Source: an uncultured Acidobacteriota bacterium (GTDB lineage: Bacteria > Acidobacteriota > Blastocatellia > Pyrinomonadales > Pyrinomonadaceae). Taken from it: a DNA stretch of 64,000 nucleotides. Location of the stretch: the NCBI GenBank assembly GCA_963750925.1, contig CAVVSJ010000004.1, forward strand, positions 893,946 through 957,945, read 5' to 3'. The position numbers and the translations under genes were made by a program. The first letter of the stretch is position 1. Each line of letters starts with the position of its first letter. Below, in pieces: positions 54,753-63,989 of the stretch. The notes beneath the pieces are model-generated. The model saw only the letters and a list, made by a program, of their open reading frames with translations. It was not told where the DNA came from and did not search any database.

Positions 54753-54980
54753 AGCGAAGAGTTATGTTAACGCTCTTAACACGTCAAAGAGATATGTTAA
54801 AAACCGAGAGACTTTTTAACACGTTCGGAATATGTCGCTCCAATGAAGGGGCTGTCGCTCCCCCTTAAGACGGCCTAGACGTTTGGCCTTCCACATCGTA
54901 CTAGGGCACAATGCGGCGTTATCTCACGTGTGGGCTCGCGTAGCGATATTACGTTACGAAAAATCGATTAATCGAATCCA

Positions 54981-57980
54981 ATGACGCCAGCTGAACGCCA
55001 ACTTGAAGAACAGCTTATCGAGAAGCTTCGCGGCCTGAAGTATGAATACCGCACGGATATCCGAGACCGCGCCACGCTCGAGAAGAACTTCCGCGAGAAG
55101 TTCGAAGCGCTCAATCGCGTCCGCCTAACGGATGGCGAGTTCCAACGGCTTCTGGATGAAATCGTCACGCCGGACGTCTTCGCCTCCGCCCGCAAGCTCC
55201 GCGAAACCAACGATTTCATTCGTGACGACGGCACGCCGCTGAATTTCAAACTGGTCAACATCAAGGACTGGTGCAAAAACACCTTCCAGGTGATCAACCA
55301 ACTCCGTATCAACACCGACAATAGCCACCACCGCTACGATGTGTTTCTGCTTATCAACGGCATGCCCGCAGTTCAGATCGAATTGAAAACACTTGGAATC
55401 AGTCCTCGCCGCGCCGTGGAGCAGGTCGTTGAGTACAAAAACGACCCAGGTAACGGCTACTCCAGAACCCTTCTCTGCTTCGTGCAACTGTTCGTCGTCA
55501 GTAACCGCACCGATACCTGGTACTTCGCCAACAACAACATTCGCCATTTCAGCTTCAATGCCGACGAGCGATTTCTTCCCGTCTACCAGTTTGCCTCAGA
55601 AGACAACAAGAAGATCACCCACCTCGACAGCTTTGCCGAAACATTTCTCGCCAAGTGCACCTTGGGCCACATGCTCAGCCGCTACATGGTGCTTGTCGCC
55701 AGCGAACAGAAGTTGGTGATGATGCGTCCCTACCAGATCTACGCCGTCAAGGCTATCGAGGCATGTATCAACGAGAACTACGGCAATGGCTACATATGGC
55801 ATACCACCGGCAGCGGCAAGACATTGACCTCGTTCAAGGCCTCAACCCTTCTTAAGGACAACCCGGACATCGAGAAGTGCTTATTCGTCGTGGACCGCAA
55901 AGACCTCGATCGGCAAACACGCGAGGAGTTCAATCGATTCCAGGAAGGTAGCGTAGAGGAAAACACCAATACGGGAACGCTTGTTCGTCGTTTACTCTCC
56001 GAGGACTACGCTGACAAAGTGATCGTCACCACCATTCAGAAGCTCGGCCTCGCACTCAACGAAGATAGTAAACGCAACCAGCAAAACGTAAAGCAGGGCA
56101 AATCAACCTACAAGCAACAGTTGGAGCCGCTGAGAAACAAGCGAATGGTCTTTATCTTCGACGAGTGTCACCGCTCGCAATTTGGCGAGAACCATCAAAC
56201 TATCAAGGAGTTCTTTCCGAACTCTCAGCTCTTCGGCTTCACCGGCACTCCCATCTTTGAACAAAACGCAAGTTACCAGCAAGTCGAAGGGGAGCATGCA
56301 TCGCTCAGGACCACCGAGGACCTTTTCCAACGCGAGCTACACGCCTACACCATCACGCACGCCATCGAAGATCAAAATGTCCTGCGCTTCCACGTCGACT
56401 ACTACAAGGCCGAGGGCAAGACCATCAATCCCGGTCAAACGCTCACCAAGCAAGCCGTCGTCGAAGCCATCCTGTCTAAGCACGATACAGCCACGGGCGG
56501 GCGTCGCTTTAACGCGATCCTCGCTACCGCTTCCATCAACAACGCGATCGAATACTTCGAACTCTTCAAGACCGTGCAGAACGAGATGGTACAGGCGAAC
56601 TCCGAGTTTGCCCCACTCAACATCGCTTGTGTCTTTTCTCCTCCTGCAGATGGCAACAAAGATGTGCAACAGATTCAAGAAGACCTGCCGCAGGAGAAGG
56701 CCGACAACGAGCAAGAGCCCGAACGGAAGAAAGAGGCTCTTAAGGCCATCATCGAAGACTACAACGCCCGCTACAAATCGAACCACTCTATCAACGAATT
56801 CGATCTCTACTATCAGGATGTGCAGAAGCGCATCAAGGACCAGCAGTTTCCCAATCAGGACCTGCCGCATGCCGAGAAGATCGACCTCATAATCGTGGTC
56901 GACATGCTACTGACCGGTTTCGACTCCAAATACCTAAACACGCTCTACGTGGATAAGAACCTGAAGCACCACGGGCTGATTCAGGCCTTCTCCCGCACAA
57001 ACCGCGTTCTCAACGCCACCAAGCCCTACGGCAATATTCTTGACTTCCGCAATCAGCAGGCCGCCGTCGATGAAGCCATCGCGCTGTTCTCCGGCGCTAA
57101 AGCCGACAAGGCCCGCAAAATCTGGCTCGTGGACAAGGCTCCCGTCGTCATCGAAAAGCTTCAAACCGCTATTCGCGACCTGGACGACTTCATGAAGTCA
57201 CAGGGCCTGTCCTACAAACCTGAAGATGTGCTCAATCTCAAAGGAGACGACGCACGCAGCCAGTTCATCAATCGCTTCAAGGAAGTCCAGCGTCTCCAGA
57301 CCCAGCTCGACCAATACACCGATCTCACCGCGGAAAACCAGCAGGCCATCGTGCAGGTTCTGCCCAAAGAACAGTTGACGGCTTTCCGTGGCGTTTATCT
57401 CGAAACCGCCCAGCGGCTCAAAGCACAGCAAGGCAAGGTTGGCGAAAAAGCCAGCCCGGAAGTGGAGCAGCTCGATTTTGAGTTCGTGCTCTTCGCCTCC
57501 GCCGTCATCGACTACGACTACATCATGGGTCTGATCGCCCGATACTCGCAGCAGGTTCCGGGCAAACAGATAATGAGTCGCGAGCAGCTCATTGGCCTGA
57601 TCGAGTCCGACGCCAAGTTCATCGATGAGCGTGAGGACATTACCGAATACGTCCGCTCGCTGAAGGCGGGCGGAGGCCTCGATGAAAAAGCGATCCGCGA
57701 AGGCTACCAGCGATTCAAGGCGGAGAAAAACGCACAAGAACTTGCCAACATTGCCGCGAAGCACGGATTGGCCATCGCATCACTGCAAAGCTTTGTTGAC
57801 GGCATCCTGCAGCGGATGATCTTCGACGGCGAACACCTCGTCGATCTCCTTGCTCCGCTGGAACTAGGCTGGAAAGCCCGCACGCAGAAGGAACTCGCGC
57901 TGATGGACGACCTCGTCCCCTTGTTACGCAAACGTGCTCAAGGCCGCGATATCTCAGGGTTGAGCGCGTATGAAGAATAA
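54981..57980 (+). CDS. hsdR: type I restriction endonuclease subunit R
   Basis: 999 aa. Helicase motifs HTTGSGKTLTSF, FIFDECHRSQ, GFTGTPI. The N-terminal nuclease region and long C-terminal helical tail are typical of HsdR. Confidence 0.92.
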   Translation: MTPAERQLEEQLIEKLRGLKYEYRTDIRDRATLEKNFREKFEALNRVRLTDGEFQRLLDEIVTPDVFASARKLRETNDFIRDDGTPLNFKLVNIKDWCKNTFQVINQLRINTDNSHHRYDVFLLINGMPAVQIELKTLGISPRRAVEQVVEYKNDPGNGYSRTLLCFVQLFVVSNRTDTWYFANNNIRHFSFNADERFLPVYQFASEDNKKITHLDSFAETFLAKCTLGHMLSRYMVLVASEQKLVMMRPYQIYAVKAIEACINENYGNGYIWHTTGSGKTLTSFKASTLLKDNPDIEKCLFVVDRKDLDRQTREEFNRFQEGSVEENTNTGTLVRRLLSEDYADKVIVTTIQKLGLALNEDSKRNQQNVKQGKSTYKQQLEPLRNKRMVFIFDECHRSQFGENHQTIKEFFPNSQLFGFTGTPIFEQNASYQQVEGEHASLRTTEDLFQRELHAYTITHAIEDQNVLRFHVDYYKAEGKTINPGQTLTKQAVVEAILSKHDTATGGRRFNAILATASINNAIEYFELFKTVQNEMVQANSEFAPLNIACVFSPPADGNKDVQQIQEDLPQEKADNEQEPERKKEALKAIIEDYNARYKSNHSINEFDLYYQDVQKRIKDQQFPNQDLPHAEKIDLIIVVDMLLTGFDSKYLNTLYVDKNLKHHGLIQAFSRTNRVLNATKPYGNILDFRNQQAAVDEAIALFSGAKADKARKIWLVDKAPVVIEKLQTAIRDLDDFMKSQGLSYKPEDVLNLKGDDARSQFINRFKEVQRLQTQLDQYTDLTAENQQAIVQVLPKEQLTAFRGVYLETAQRLKAQQGKVGEKASPEVEQLDFEFVLFASAVIDYDYIMGLIARYSQQVPGKQIMSREQLIGLIESDAKFIDEREDITEYVRSLKAGGGLDEKAIREGYQRFKAEKNAQELANIAAKHGLAIASLQSFVDGILQRMIFDGEHLVDLLAPLELGWKARTQKELALMDDLVPLLRKRAQGRDISGLSAYEE

Positions 57981-58833
57981 GGCGAAGGCAAGCACGATGA
58001 ACGACCAGAACAAAGGAGGGCTGAAGCCCAAGCTGCGGTTTCCAGAGTTCCGGGTTGAGCCATCGTGGGTCCGTGTCTCTATTAGTTCATTATGCGACTC
58101 CTTTAGTGGCGGAACCCCTGATACTTCCAAGAAAGAGTTTTATGGCGGAAACATACCCTTTATCAGATCAGCCGAGGTAAACGCCGAGAACCCTGAACTC
58201 AGTTTGACTGAAGAAGGACTGAATAATTCCGCTGCCAAGTTGGTAAAGAAGGGTGACGTTCTCATCGCCCTTTACGGAGCAAATAGTGGCGACGTAGGGC
58301 TTGCTAAACTTGATGGCGCTATTAACCAAGCGATACTGTGTTTGCGGTCCACTGGGAGTAACGACTTTCTTTATCAATATCTCACCTCGAAAAAGGCTTG
58401 GATAGTTGCCACCTACTTACAAGGCGGTCAAGGCAATCTATCTGGCGAGATCGTAAAGTCGATAACTCTCCATTTTCCATCCTCTAAAGAGCAAAGCCGA
58501 ATCGCGCACTGTCTGAGTTCGCTGGACGAGTTGATCGCGGCCCACGGCCGGAAACTGGACTCGCTCAAGGCCCACAAGAAAGGGCTGATGCAGCAGCTTT
58601 TCCCTCGCGAAGGCGAAGCCCTCCCCAGCCTCCGCTTCCCCGAATTCCAAGACGCCGGGGAGTGGGAGGAAAAGAAGCTCGAAGATTTTGGCGAAACGAA
58701 GGGTCTGGTCACACCCCAAACAAGGCGAAGGAAGAGTATTACAATGGCGGCATTAAATGGGTGTCGCTTGCTGACTCAAAGCGACTGGACAATGGCTTCA
58801 TTTCGGATACCGAAATTGAAATTTCTGAGCTAG
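57970..58833 (+). CDS. hsdS: type I R-M specificity subunit S, N-terminal part (TRD1 + central conserved region); frame lost near 58697-58703
   Basis: LRFPEF...GGTPDTSKKEFYGGNIPFIRSAEV (TRD1). Conserved spacer EQSRIAHCLSSLDELIAAHGRKLDSLKAHKKGLMQQLFP. A second LRFPEF follows, then sense is lost after DFGETKG. Confidence 0.8.
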   Translation: MKNKAKASTMNDQNKGGLKPKLRFPEFRVEPSWVRVSISSLCDSFSGGTPDTSKKEFYGGNIPFIRSAEVNAENPELSLTEEGLNNSAAKLVKKGDVLIALYGANSGDVGLAKLDGAINQAILCLRSTGSNDFLYQYLTSKKAWIVATYLQGGQGNLSGEIVKSITLHFPSSKEQSRIAHCLSSLDELIAAHGRKLDSLKAHKKGLMQQLFPREGEALPSLRFPEFQDAGEWEEKKLEDFGETKGLVTPQTRRRKSITMAALNGCRLLTQSDWTMASFRIPKLKFLS

Positions 58834-59252
58834 GAATTGAACATTCGTCGGCTGTTCTCCGTCCCGCAGGCTCCGTCATCCTCAGTCGCGATGCCGGGGT
58901 GGGCAAAAGCGCAATCATGGGTGTTTCAATGGCAGTAAGTCAGCACTTTATCGTCTGGACGTGCGACGGCCACCAACTCTCGAACTGGTTCTTGTATTAT
59001 ATTTTGCAGAAAAAAAAGCCGTTATTCGAAAGAGTTGCTTCAGGAAGCACCATCAAAACCATCGGGCTTCCGTTCTTTATAGAGATGCGCATAACAGTTC
59101 CCCTGCTGCCGGAGCAGCAGAGAATTGCCGACTGCCTTTCCTCCCTAGACGACCTAATCGCCGCCCAAACCCAAAAGCTCGACGCCCTCAAGACCCACAA
59201 AAAAGGGCTGATGCAGCAGCTGTTCCCATCCCCGGAGGAGACTGAAGCATGA
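58662..59252 (+). CDS. hsdS: type I R-M specificity subunit S, C-terminal part (TRD2 + distal conserved region)
   Basis: In the +2 frame: GSGHTPNKAKEEYYNGGIKWVSLADS (TRD2 start) ... EQQRIADCLSSLDDLIAAQTQKLDALKTHKKGLMQQLFP. This duplicates the central conserved helix of the first part. Confidence 0.8.
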   Translation: MGGKEARRFWRNEGSGHTPNKAKEEYYNGGIKWVSLADSKRLDNGFISDTEIEISELGIEHSSAVLRPAGSVILSRDAGVGKSAIMGVSMAVSQHFIVWTCDGHQLSNWFLYYILQKKKPLFERVASGSTIKTIGLPFFIEMRITVPLLPEQQRIADCLSSLDDLIAAQTQKLDALKTHKKGLMQQLFPSPEETEA

Positions 59253-60385
59253 GCGCCACTCCCTTTGCGGACCTGAGCGCCTTGGCCGGGCACCTGCGCA
59301 CGGAACTGGTAACCAAGAAATTCATTTTGCTCTACGCCTACAACGGCACCGGCAAGACACGCCTGTCAACCGCCTTCAAAGACCTCGGCAAGAACGGCGA
59401 CGAGCGCGACACGCTCTACTTCAATGCTTTCACTGAAGACTTGTTCTACTGGGACAACGATCTCGAAAACGACCGTGAGCGTGTGCTGAAAATGAATGCA
59501 AAGTCCCGCTTCTTCGATGGGCTTCGTGAAATGGAGATGAACAATCTTGTTCGACCGATCCTAAGGCGTTATGCCGACTTCGATTTCCAGATCGACAAGG
59601 TGAATGATGAGTTGTGGGAGGCAAGTTTTTCCCGCGATGTGCTGGTTGAAGGTCGTCTCACAACTGTGGAAGACATCAAGATCTCCCGCGGCGAAGAGAA
59701 CATTTTTATTTGGTGTTTTTTCCTCGCGATTGTGCAACTCACGATTGACAGGGCCGAGGCATACCAGTGGGTGAAACACGTCTACATCGATGATCCTATC
59801 TCGTCGCTTGATGAGAATAATGCTGTCGCCGTCGCGAACCATCTGGCGCAGGTGCTTACCTCGTCAGATAAAGGACCAACAACGGTCATCTCTTCGCATC
59901 ATGTGCTTTTCTTCAATGTCCTCTGCAATGAGTTGAAGAAAAAGGCTCACCGACACTTTCTCAAGAAGGGTCCGGCACCGGATAATTACGCCCTTCAAGA
60001 TACGACCAGTAAACCGTTCCTGCATCATCTCGCGACATTGGTCGAACTTGATGAGTTGCAGAAATCAGGCGCGCTTTATACGCATCATTTCAACATGATG
60101 CGTCGCGTGATGGAACAAACCGCTAACTTCTTTGGCCTTGGAGACTGGACGGACTGTATAAAAGTCGAGGAAGACGATCTGGATAAGACGTTGTTCAAGC
60201 GGGTGATCGACCTTATGAGCCATGGCGATTATTCACTGTATGAGCCGAAGGAGATGATGGAGGAGAACAAAAACCATTTCCGGAAGATCTTTCGCCAATT
60301 CATAGCTAACCACCCATTCAACCCGACGCTGTTCTTCAACGCATCGGCGTCGGCCCCCGGCAGCAGCTCCAGCGACCGCACCTGA
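59249..60385 (+). CDS. prrC: PrrC-like anticodon nuclease / AAA_13 ABC-type ATPase embedded in the R-M operon
   Basis: 378 aa. Walker A YAYNGTGKTRLS, signature-like ISRGEEN, Walker B VYIDDPISSLD. The C-terminal region has RRVMEQ (R-x3-E) and SHGDYS (His), recalling the Arg/Glu/His triad I remember for E. coli PrrC. Its position between hsdS and hsdM matches the prr locus logic. ATGA overlap with hsdS. Confidence 0.6.
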   Translation: MSATPFADLSALAGHLRTELVTKKFILLYAYNGTGKTRLSTAFKDLGKNGDERDTLYFNAFTEDLFYWDNDLENDRERVLKMNAKSRFFDGLREMEMNNLVRPILRRYADFDFQIDKVNDELWEASFSRDVLVEGRLTTVEDIKISRGEENIFIWCFFLAIVQLTIDRAEAYQWVKHVYIDDPISSLDENNAVAVANHLAQVLTSSDKGPTTVISSHHVLFFNVLCNELKKKAHRHFLKKGPAPDNYALQDTTSKPFLHHLATLVELDELQKSGALYTHHFNMMRRVMEQTANFFGLGDWTDCIKVEEDDLDKTLFKRVIDLMSHGDYSLYEPKEMMEENKNHFRKIFRQFIANHPFNPTLFFNASASAPGSSSSDRT

Positions 60386-60394
60386 ACCCATATC

Positions 60395-62023
60395 ATGACC
60401 GACGATAACCAAAAGCAACTCGGCAAAACCCTCTGGAACATCGCCGACCAATTACGCGGAGCGATGAACGCGGACGATTTCCGCGACTACATGCTGTCTT
60501 TCCTCTTCCTGCGGTATCTCTCGGACAATTACGAGTCCGCTGCCCAGAAAGAACTCGGGCCGGATTATCCAAAGCTGAATGGCGACGACCGCAGCGTGCC
60601 CCTGGCAATCTGGTATGAGAACAACCCCGACGACGTAGCCGAATTTGAAAAGCAGATGCGTCGCAAGGCTCACTACGTCATTAAGCCCGAACACCTCTGG
60701 AATAGCATTGCCAACTTGGCTCGCACGCAGAACAGCGAACTACTCAATACCCTTCAGGCCGGATTCAAATACATCGAGAATGAATCCTTCGAAAGCACGT
60801 TTCAAGGATTGTTCTCGGAAATCAATCTCAGCTCAGACAAACTTGGCAAAACCTATACTGACCGAAACGCCAAGCTGTGCAAAATCATCGCGAAGATTGC
60901 GGAAGGTCTGGCGGAGTTTTCTACCGACTCGGACGGGCTCGGTGACGCCTACGAATACCTGATCGGCCAATTCGCTGCTGGCTCGGGCAAGAAGGCGGGC
61001 GAGTTCTACACGCCGCAGCAAATATCCAGCATTTTGTCCGGCATCGTTACCTTGGACAGTCAGGAGCCTTCCACGGGGAAAAGATCGCGATTGGAAAGCG
61101 TGCTTGATTTCGCCTGTGGCTCAGGTTCATTGCTTCTAAACGTGCGCCATCGCATGGGTCCGCATGGCATCGGCAAGATCTATGGCCAGGAGAAGAACAT
61201 CACTACCTACAACCTGGCGCGGATGAACATGCTGTTGCACGGGGTGAAGGATTCGGAGTTTGAAATCTACCACGGCGACACGTTAACCAACGATTGGGAC
61301 ATGCTGCGTGAAACCAATCCCGCCAAGAAGCCATATTTCGACGCGGTCGTCGCGAATCCACCCTTTAGCTATCGCTGGGAGTCTACAGAAGCGATGGGTG
61401 AGGATGTGCGGTTTAAGAACTACGGACTGGCCCCAAAATCCGCCGCTGACTTTGCCTTCCTTCTCCACGGCTTTCACTATCTGAAGGAAGAAGGCGTGAT
61501 GGCGATCGTCTTGCCCCACGGTGTGTTGTTCCGGGGCGGCGCGGAAGAACGCATACGCCGCAAGCTACTCGATGACGGACACATCGATACCGTCATCGGC
61601 CTACCTGCCAATCTGTTCTACTCCACTGGCATCCCGGTTTGCATTCTCGTCCTGAAGAGGTGCAAGAAGCCGGACGACGTACTCTTCATCAATGCCAGCG
61701 AACACTTCGTGAAAGGCAAGCGCCAGAACCAGCTGACGGAAGCTCACATAAATAAGATTGTCAAGACCTACCAGTTCCGTGAGGAAGAGGAACGATATTC
61801 AAAGCGAATCTCGATGGAGCGAGTCGTCAAGGAGGGATACAACCTAAACATTTCTCGCTACATCAGCACTGCCGTTCAGGAGAAAGAGATCGACCTGGCG
61901 GCGACTCACCGGGAATTGGTTGAAATCGAGAACGCTATCCAAAACGCAACGACGAAGCACAATGAATTCCTGAAAGAGCTAGGCTTACCCCCGTTGCCAC
62001 ATTCCGAGAACGCAGCTGAATGA
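60395..62023 (+). CDS. hsdM: type I R-M DNA methyltransferase subunit M (N6-adenine)
   Basis: 542 aa. N-terminal HsdM_N-like LWNIADQLRGAMNADDFRDYMLSFLFLRYLS, FYTPQQIS, AdoMet motif DFACGSGSLLL, catalytic ANPPFS. Confidence 0.93.
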   Translation: MTDDNQKQLGKTLWNIADQLRGAMNADDFRDYMLSFLFLRYLSDNYESAAQKELGPDYPKLNGDDRSVPLAIWYENNPDDVAEFEKQMRRKAHYVIKPEHLWNSIANLARTQNSELLNTLQAGFKYIENESFESTFQGLFSEINLSSDKLGKTYTDRNAKLCKIIAKIAEGLAEFSTDSDGLGDAYEYLIGQFAAGSGKKAGEFYTPQQISSILSGIVTLDSQEPSTGKRSRLESVLDFACGSGSLLLNVRHRMGPHGIGKIYGQEKNITTYNLARMNMLLHGVKDSEFEIYHGDTLTNDWDMLRETNPAKKPYFDAVVANPPFSYRWESTEAMGEDVRFKNYGLAPKSAADFAFLLHGFHYLKEEGVMAIVLPHGVLFRGGAEERIRRKLLDDGHIDTVIGLPANLFYSTGIPVCILVLKRCKKPDDVLFINASEHFVKGKRQNQLTEAHINKIVKTYQFREEEERYSKRISMERVVKEGYNLNISRYISTAVQEKEIDLAATHRELVEIENAIQNATTKHNEFLKELGLPPLPHSENAAE

Positions 62024-62049
62024 ATGCTCGCGGAAGAATGGGCGCAGCG

Positions 62050-62082
62050 CCGTGTCTCCGCGCTTATGCCGCAGAGACACGG
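62050..62082. other. 9-bp hairpin between the convergent hsdM gene and the small minus-strand ORF
   Basis: ccgtgtctc (62050-62058) pairs with gagacacgg (62074-62082). It has GC-rich flanks and no U-tract. Confidence 0.4.
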
Positions 62083-62103
62083 AGCGGCGCGAAGGATTCT
62101 TAA

Positions 62104-62325
62104 TCACTCCAAAGAGATGTGGTCGATGCGCGTTTCGCCGGCCTCAACACGATTCACTACTTGCTCAAGGTATTCGTCTTTGATCTCCAATCCATAACGG
62201 ATCAGTGAGCGTGTTCTTGGATCGACTCTGCTGTCGGTTGCGAGTTTTCGAGCGCGTCGTTTTAGATTGGCGTCGAGTGTGTGAGATTCTGGTTTGCGCG
62301 GTGATGCGCTACCATGTTTTGCCAT
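62104..62325 (-). CDS. small hypothetical protein
   Basis: 73-aa ORF, basic N-terminus, no recognisable motifs. It is kept only because nothing else occupies the interval. Confidence 0.3.
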   Translation of the reverse strand: MAKHGSASPRKPESHTLDANLKRRARKLATDSRVDPRTRSLIRYGLEIKDEYLEQVVNRVEAGETRIDHISLE

Positions 62326-62576
62326 GGTCCTTATCCTTTCTTGAGAAGGTTGAGGATCTAGGGCTGGCTTTGTGGTTCAAGCACAAGTCGGCCCGCTTCT
62401 TTTTCGATTAGGTGGGTATCAGCAACCTAGCGCAAAAGTTTTCGTTTGTCATCAATCGATTTGACAGGTAGTCGCCATTGTCTCGCGTTCTGAATCAGTG
62501 CTATAAGCGGATGCTTTGATTCGCGCCGCTGCGTGCTTGCCGCCGGTCAGCGCGCGGGGCATCAGAATGGAGGCAT

Positions 62577-63011
62577 TTGATGAGAGAAGATGTTGCCGCA
62601 GTCAACGTTACCCGATCGTATACGCTCGCCGGGACGAACATCGCGATCTTCACCTTCATGCTGTTCTTTCTGTACCCGAGGTTCGAGAGCGGCAGGATCA
62701 ATCCCGTGTTGTTCCAGGCCACACTGATTGCGATGGGTGTCGCGACCTTCTCACTCGTGTTCGCGACGTTGCATTACTACCGATGTTCGCTGGGCGGACG
62801 GTTGAGTGACACCGAAAGGACGCTGCAAGCCCGGCGAGCGGATCGCTTCTGGCTTCTGGGTTACACCACGATGTTCCTGGCGCCAAGTCTGGTCCTGTTC
62901 CTGATACGGCTTCCTATCGTCGCATCTGTCTGGCTCGCATTCTGGCTTTTGTACTTGTTCTTTGTGGTCCGTTACTTCCCGAGAGTTCAGACGCCGCGGA
63001 GCGACCAATAG
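62577..63011 (+). CDS. hypothetical integral membrane protein (about 4 TM helices)
   Basis: 144 aa with four hydrophobic stretches (IAIFTFMLFFLY, ATLIAMGVATFSLVFATL, FWLLGYTTMFLAPSLVLFLI, VASVWLAFWLLYLFFVV). Confidence 0.45.
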   Translation: MMREDVAAVNVTRSYTLAGTNIAIFTFMLFFLYPRFESGRINPVLFQATLIAMGVATFSLVFATLHYYRCSLGGRLSDTERTLQARRADRFWLLGYTTMFLAPSLVLFLIRLPIVASVWLAFWLLYLFFVVRYFPRVQTPRSDQ

Positions 63012-63104
63012 CATGATGAGCGAAGATTGTCATTATCCGTCGAACGATTTGTTGGGCGGACTGTCTCGCTGAGTAGGTTTCAACTACAGGTGGACCAACA
63101 ACAG

Positions 63105-63566
63105 ATGACGCTGTTATTCGCATTTCTAATTGGACTCTTCGCCGGGTTGCGCTCGCTTACGCCTCCGGCGGCGGTCGCGTGGGCCGTGTACCTGGGTTGG
63201 CTCAAACTTGCCCGGCCACTCTCTCTCATCGGCTCGCTTCCTGCTGTAATAATTCTGAGCCTGTTGGCCGTCACAGAATTCATTGTTGATAAGCTGCCGA
63301 CTGCTCCGAACCGCACTGCTCCTCTCGGACTTATCGCCCGCATCGTCACCGGTGGCTTAACTGGCGCATGCGTTTCTGTTGGCGGCGGACGGTCGGCTCT
63401 CGTTGGTGCGGGGCTGGGACTGCTCGGCGGAATCGTCGGTTGTTTCGCCGGGTATCAGGCCCGCGTTCGGCTCGTAAGGTCCCTGCGCCAACCGGATTTT
63501 AACGTTGCTTTGGTTGAGGACTTGATTGCGATCGCTGGCAGTCTGTTCATCGTTTCGCGATTCTAG
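63105..63566 (+). CDS. DUF4126-like membrane protein
   Basis: MTLLFAFLIGLFAGLRSLTPPAAVAW...TEFIVDKLP...GG...GG pattern, which I associate with DUF4126. The ORF track starts at TTG 63027; ATG 63105 opens directly into the first TM helix. Confidence 0.5.
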   Translation: MTLLFAFLIGLFAGLRSLTPPAAVAWAVYLGWLKLARPLSLIGSLPAVIILSLLAVTEFIVDKLPTAPNRTAPLGLIARIVTGGLTGACVSVGGGRSALVGAGLGLLGGIVGCFAGYQARVRLVRSLRQPDFNVALVEDLIAIAGSLFIVSRF

Positions 63567-63581
63567 TGCCCGCAACCTGAC

Positions 63582-63989
63582 TTACATCCCCGGCTCGTCA
63601 CCCGAAGGTCCATAAATCGAAGGGACCTTCCCTCCCATAGGTCGTAGATACGCACTCAACTGCCCCCGATGATGGATCGCATCGAACATGAAGTCCCAAA
63701 GAAACTCTACCAATGGTCTTTCCATCACGACGTGGCCCTGGTAAAGAAACTGGGCGCTGCGCTGCTGGGAAGCATCATCCAGGTTGGCAACCTTGTCGAG
63801 TAACTCAGTCGACCACTTCTCATACATTCCGATCATCTCGTCCAAACCTTGCGGAGTAGTGCTTTGCCATTCACATTTGCCGGTTTCGACTACATCGATC
63901 AACGCTTTCATTTCATAAGTAATGGTCCATACTAACTGTTCGGCCGACGGTGAACGCTCGTCCGGTTTGTAGCTCAGGTCCGAGGGCAA
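63582..63989 (-). CDS. DinB-family (four-helix-bundle metalloenzyme-like) protein
   Basis: C-terminal DAIHHRGQLSAYLRPMGGKVPSIYGPSGDEP is the typical DinB/YfiT tail. The true start could lie slightly upstream, near the window edge. Confidence 0.65.
   Translation of the reverse strand: MPSDLSYKPDERSPSAEQLVWTITYEMKALIDVVETGKCEWQSTTPQGLDEMIGMYEKWSTELLDKVANLDDASQQRSAQFLYQGHVVMERPLVEFLWDFMFDAIHHRGQLSAYLRPMGGKVPSIYGPSGDEPGM

Noticed and set aside
62340-62380. Possible att-like repeat of the tRNA-Lys 3' end (tggttcaagcacaagtcggcc versus aggttcgagccctccacggct).
   Set aside because: Only a short, interrupted resemblance, not distinguishable from chance by eye. No integrase supports it.
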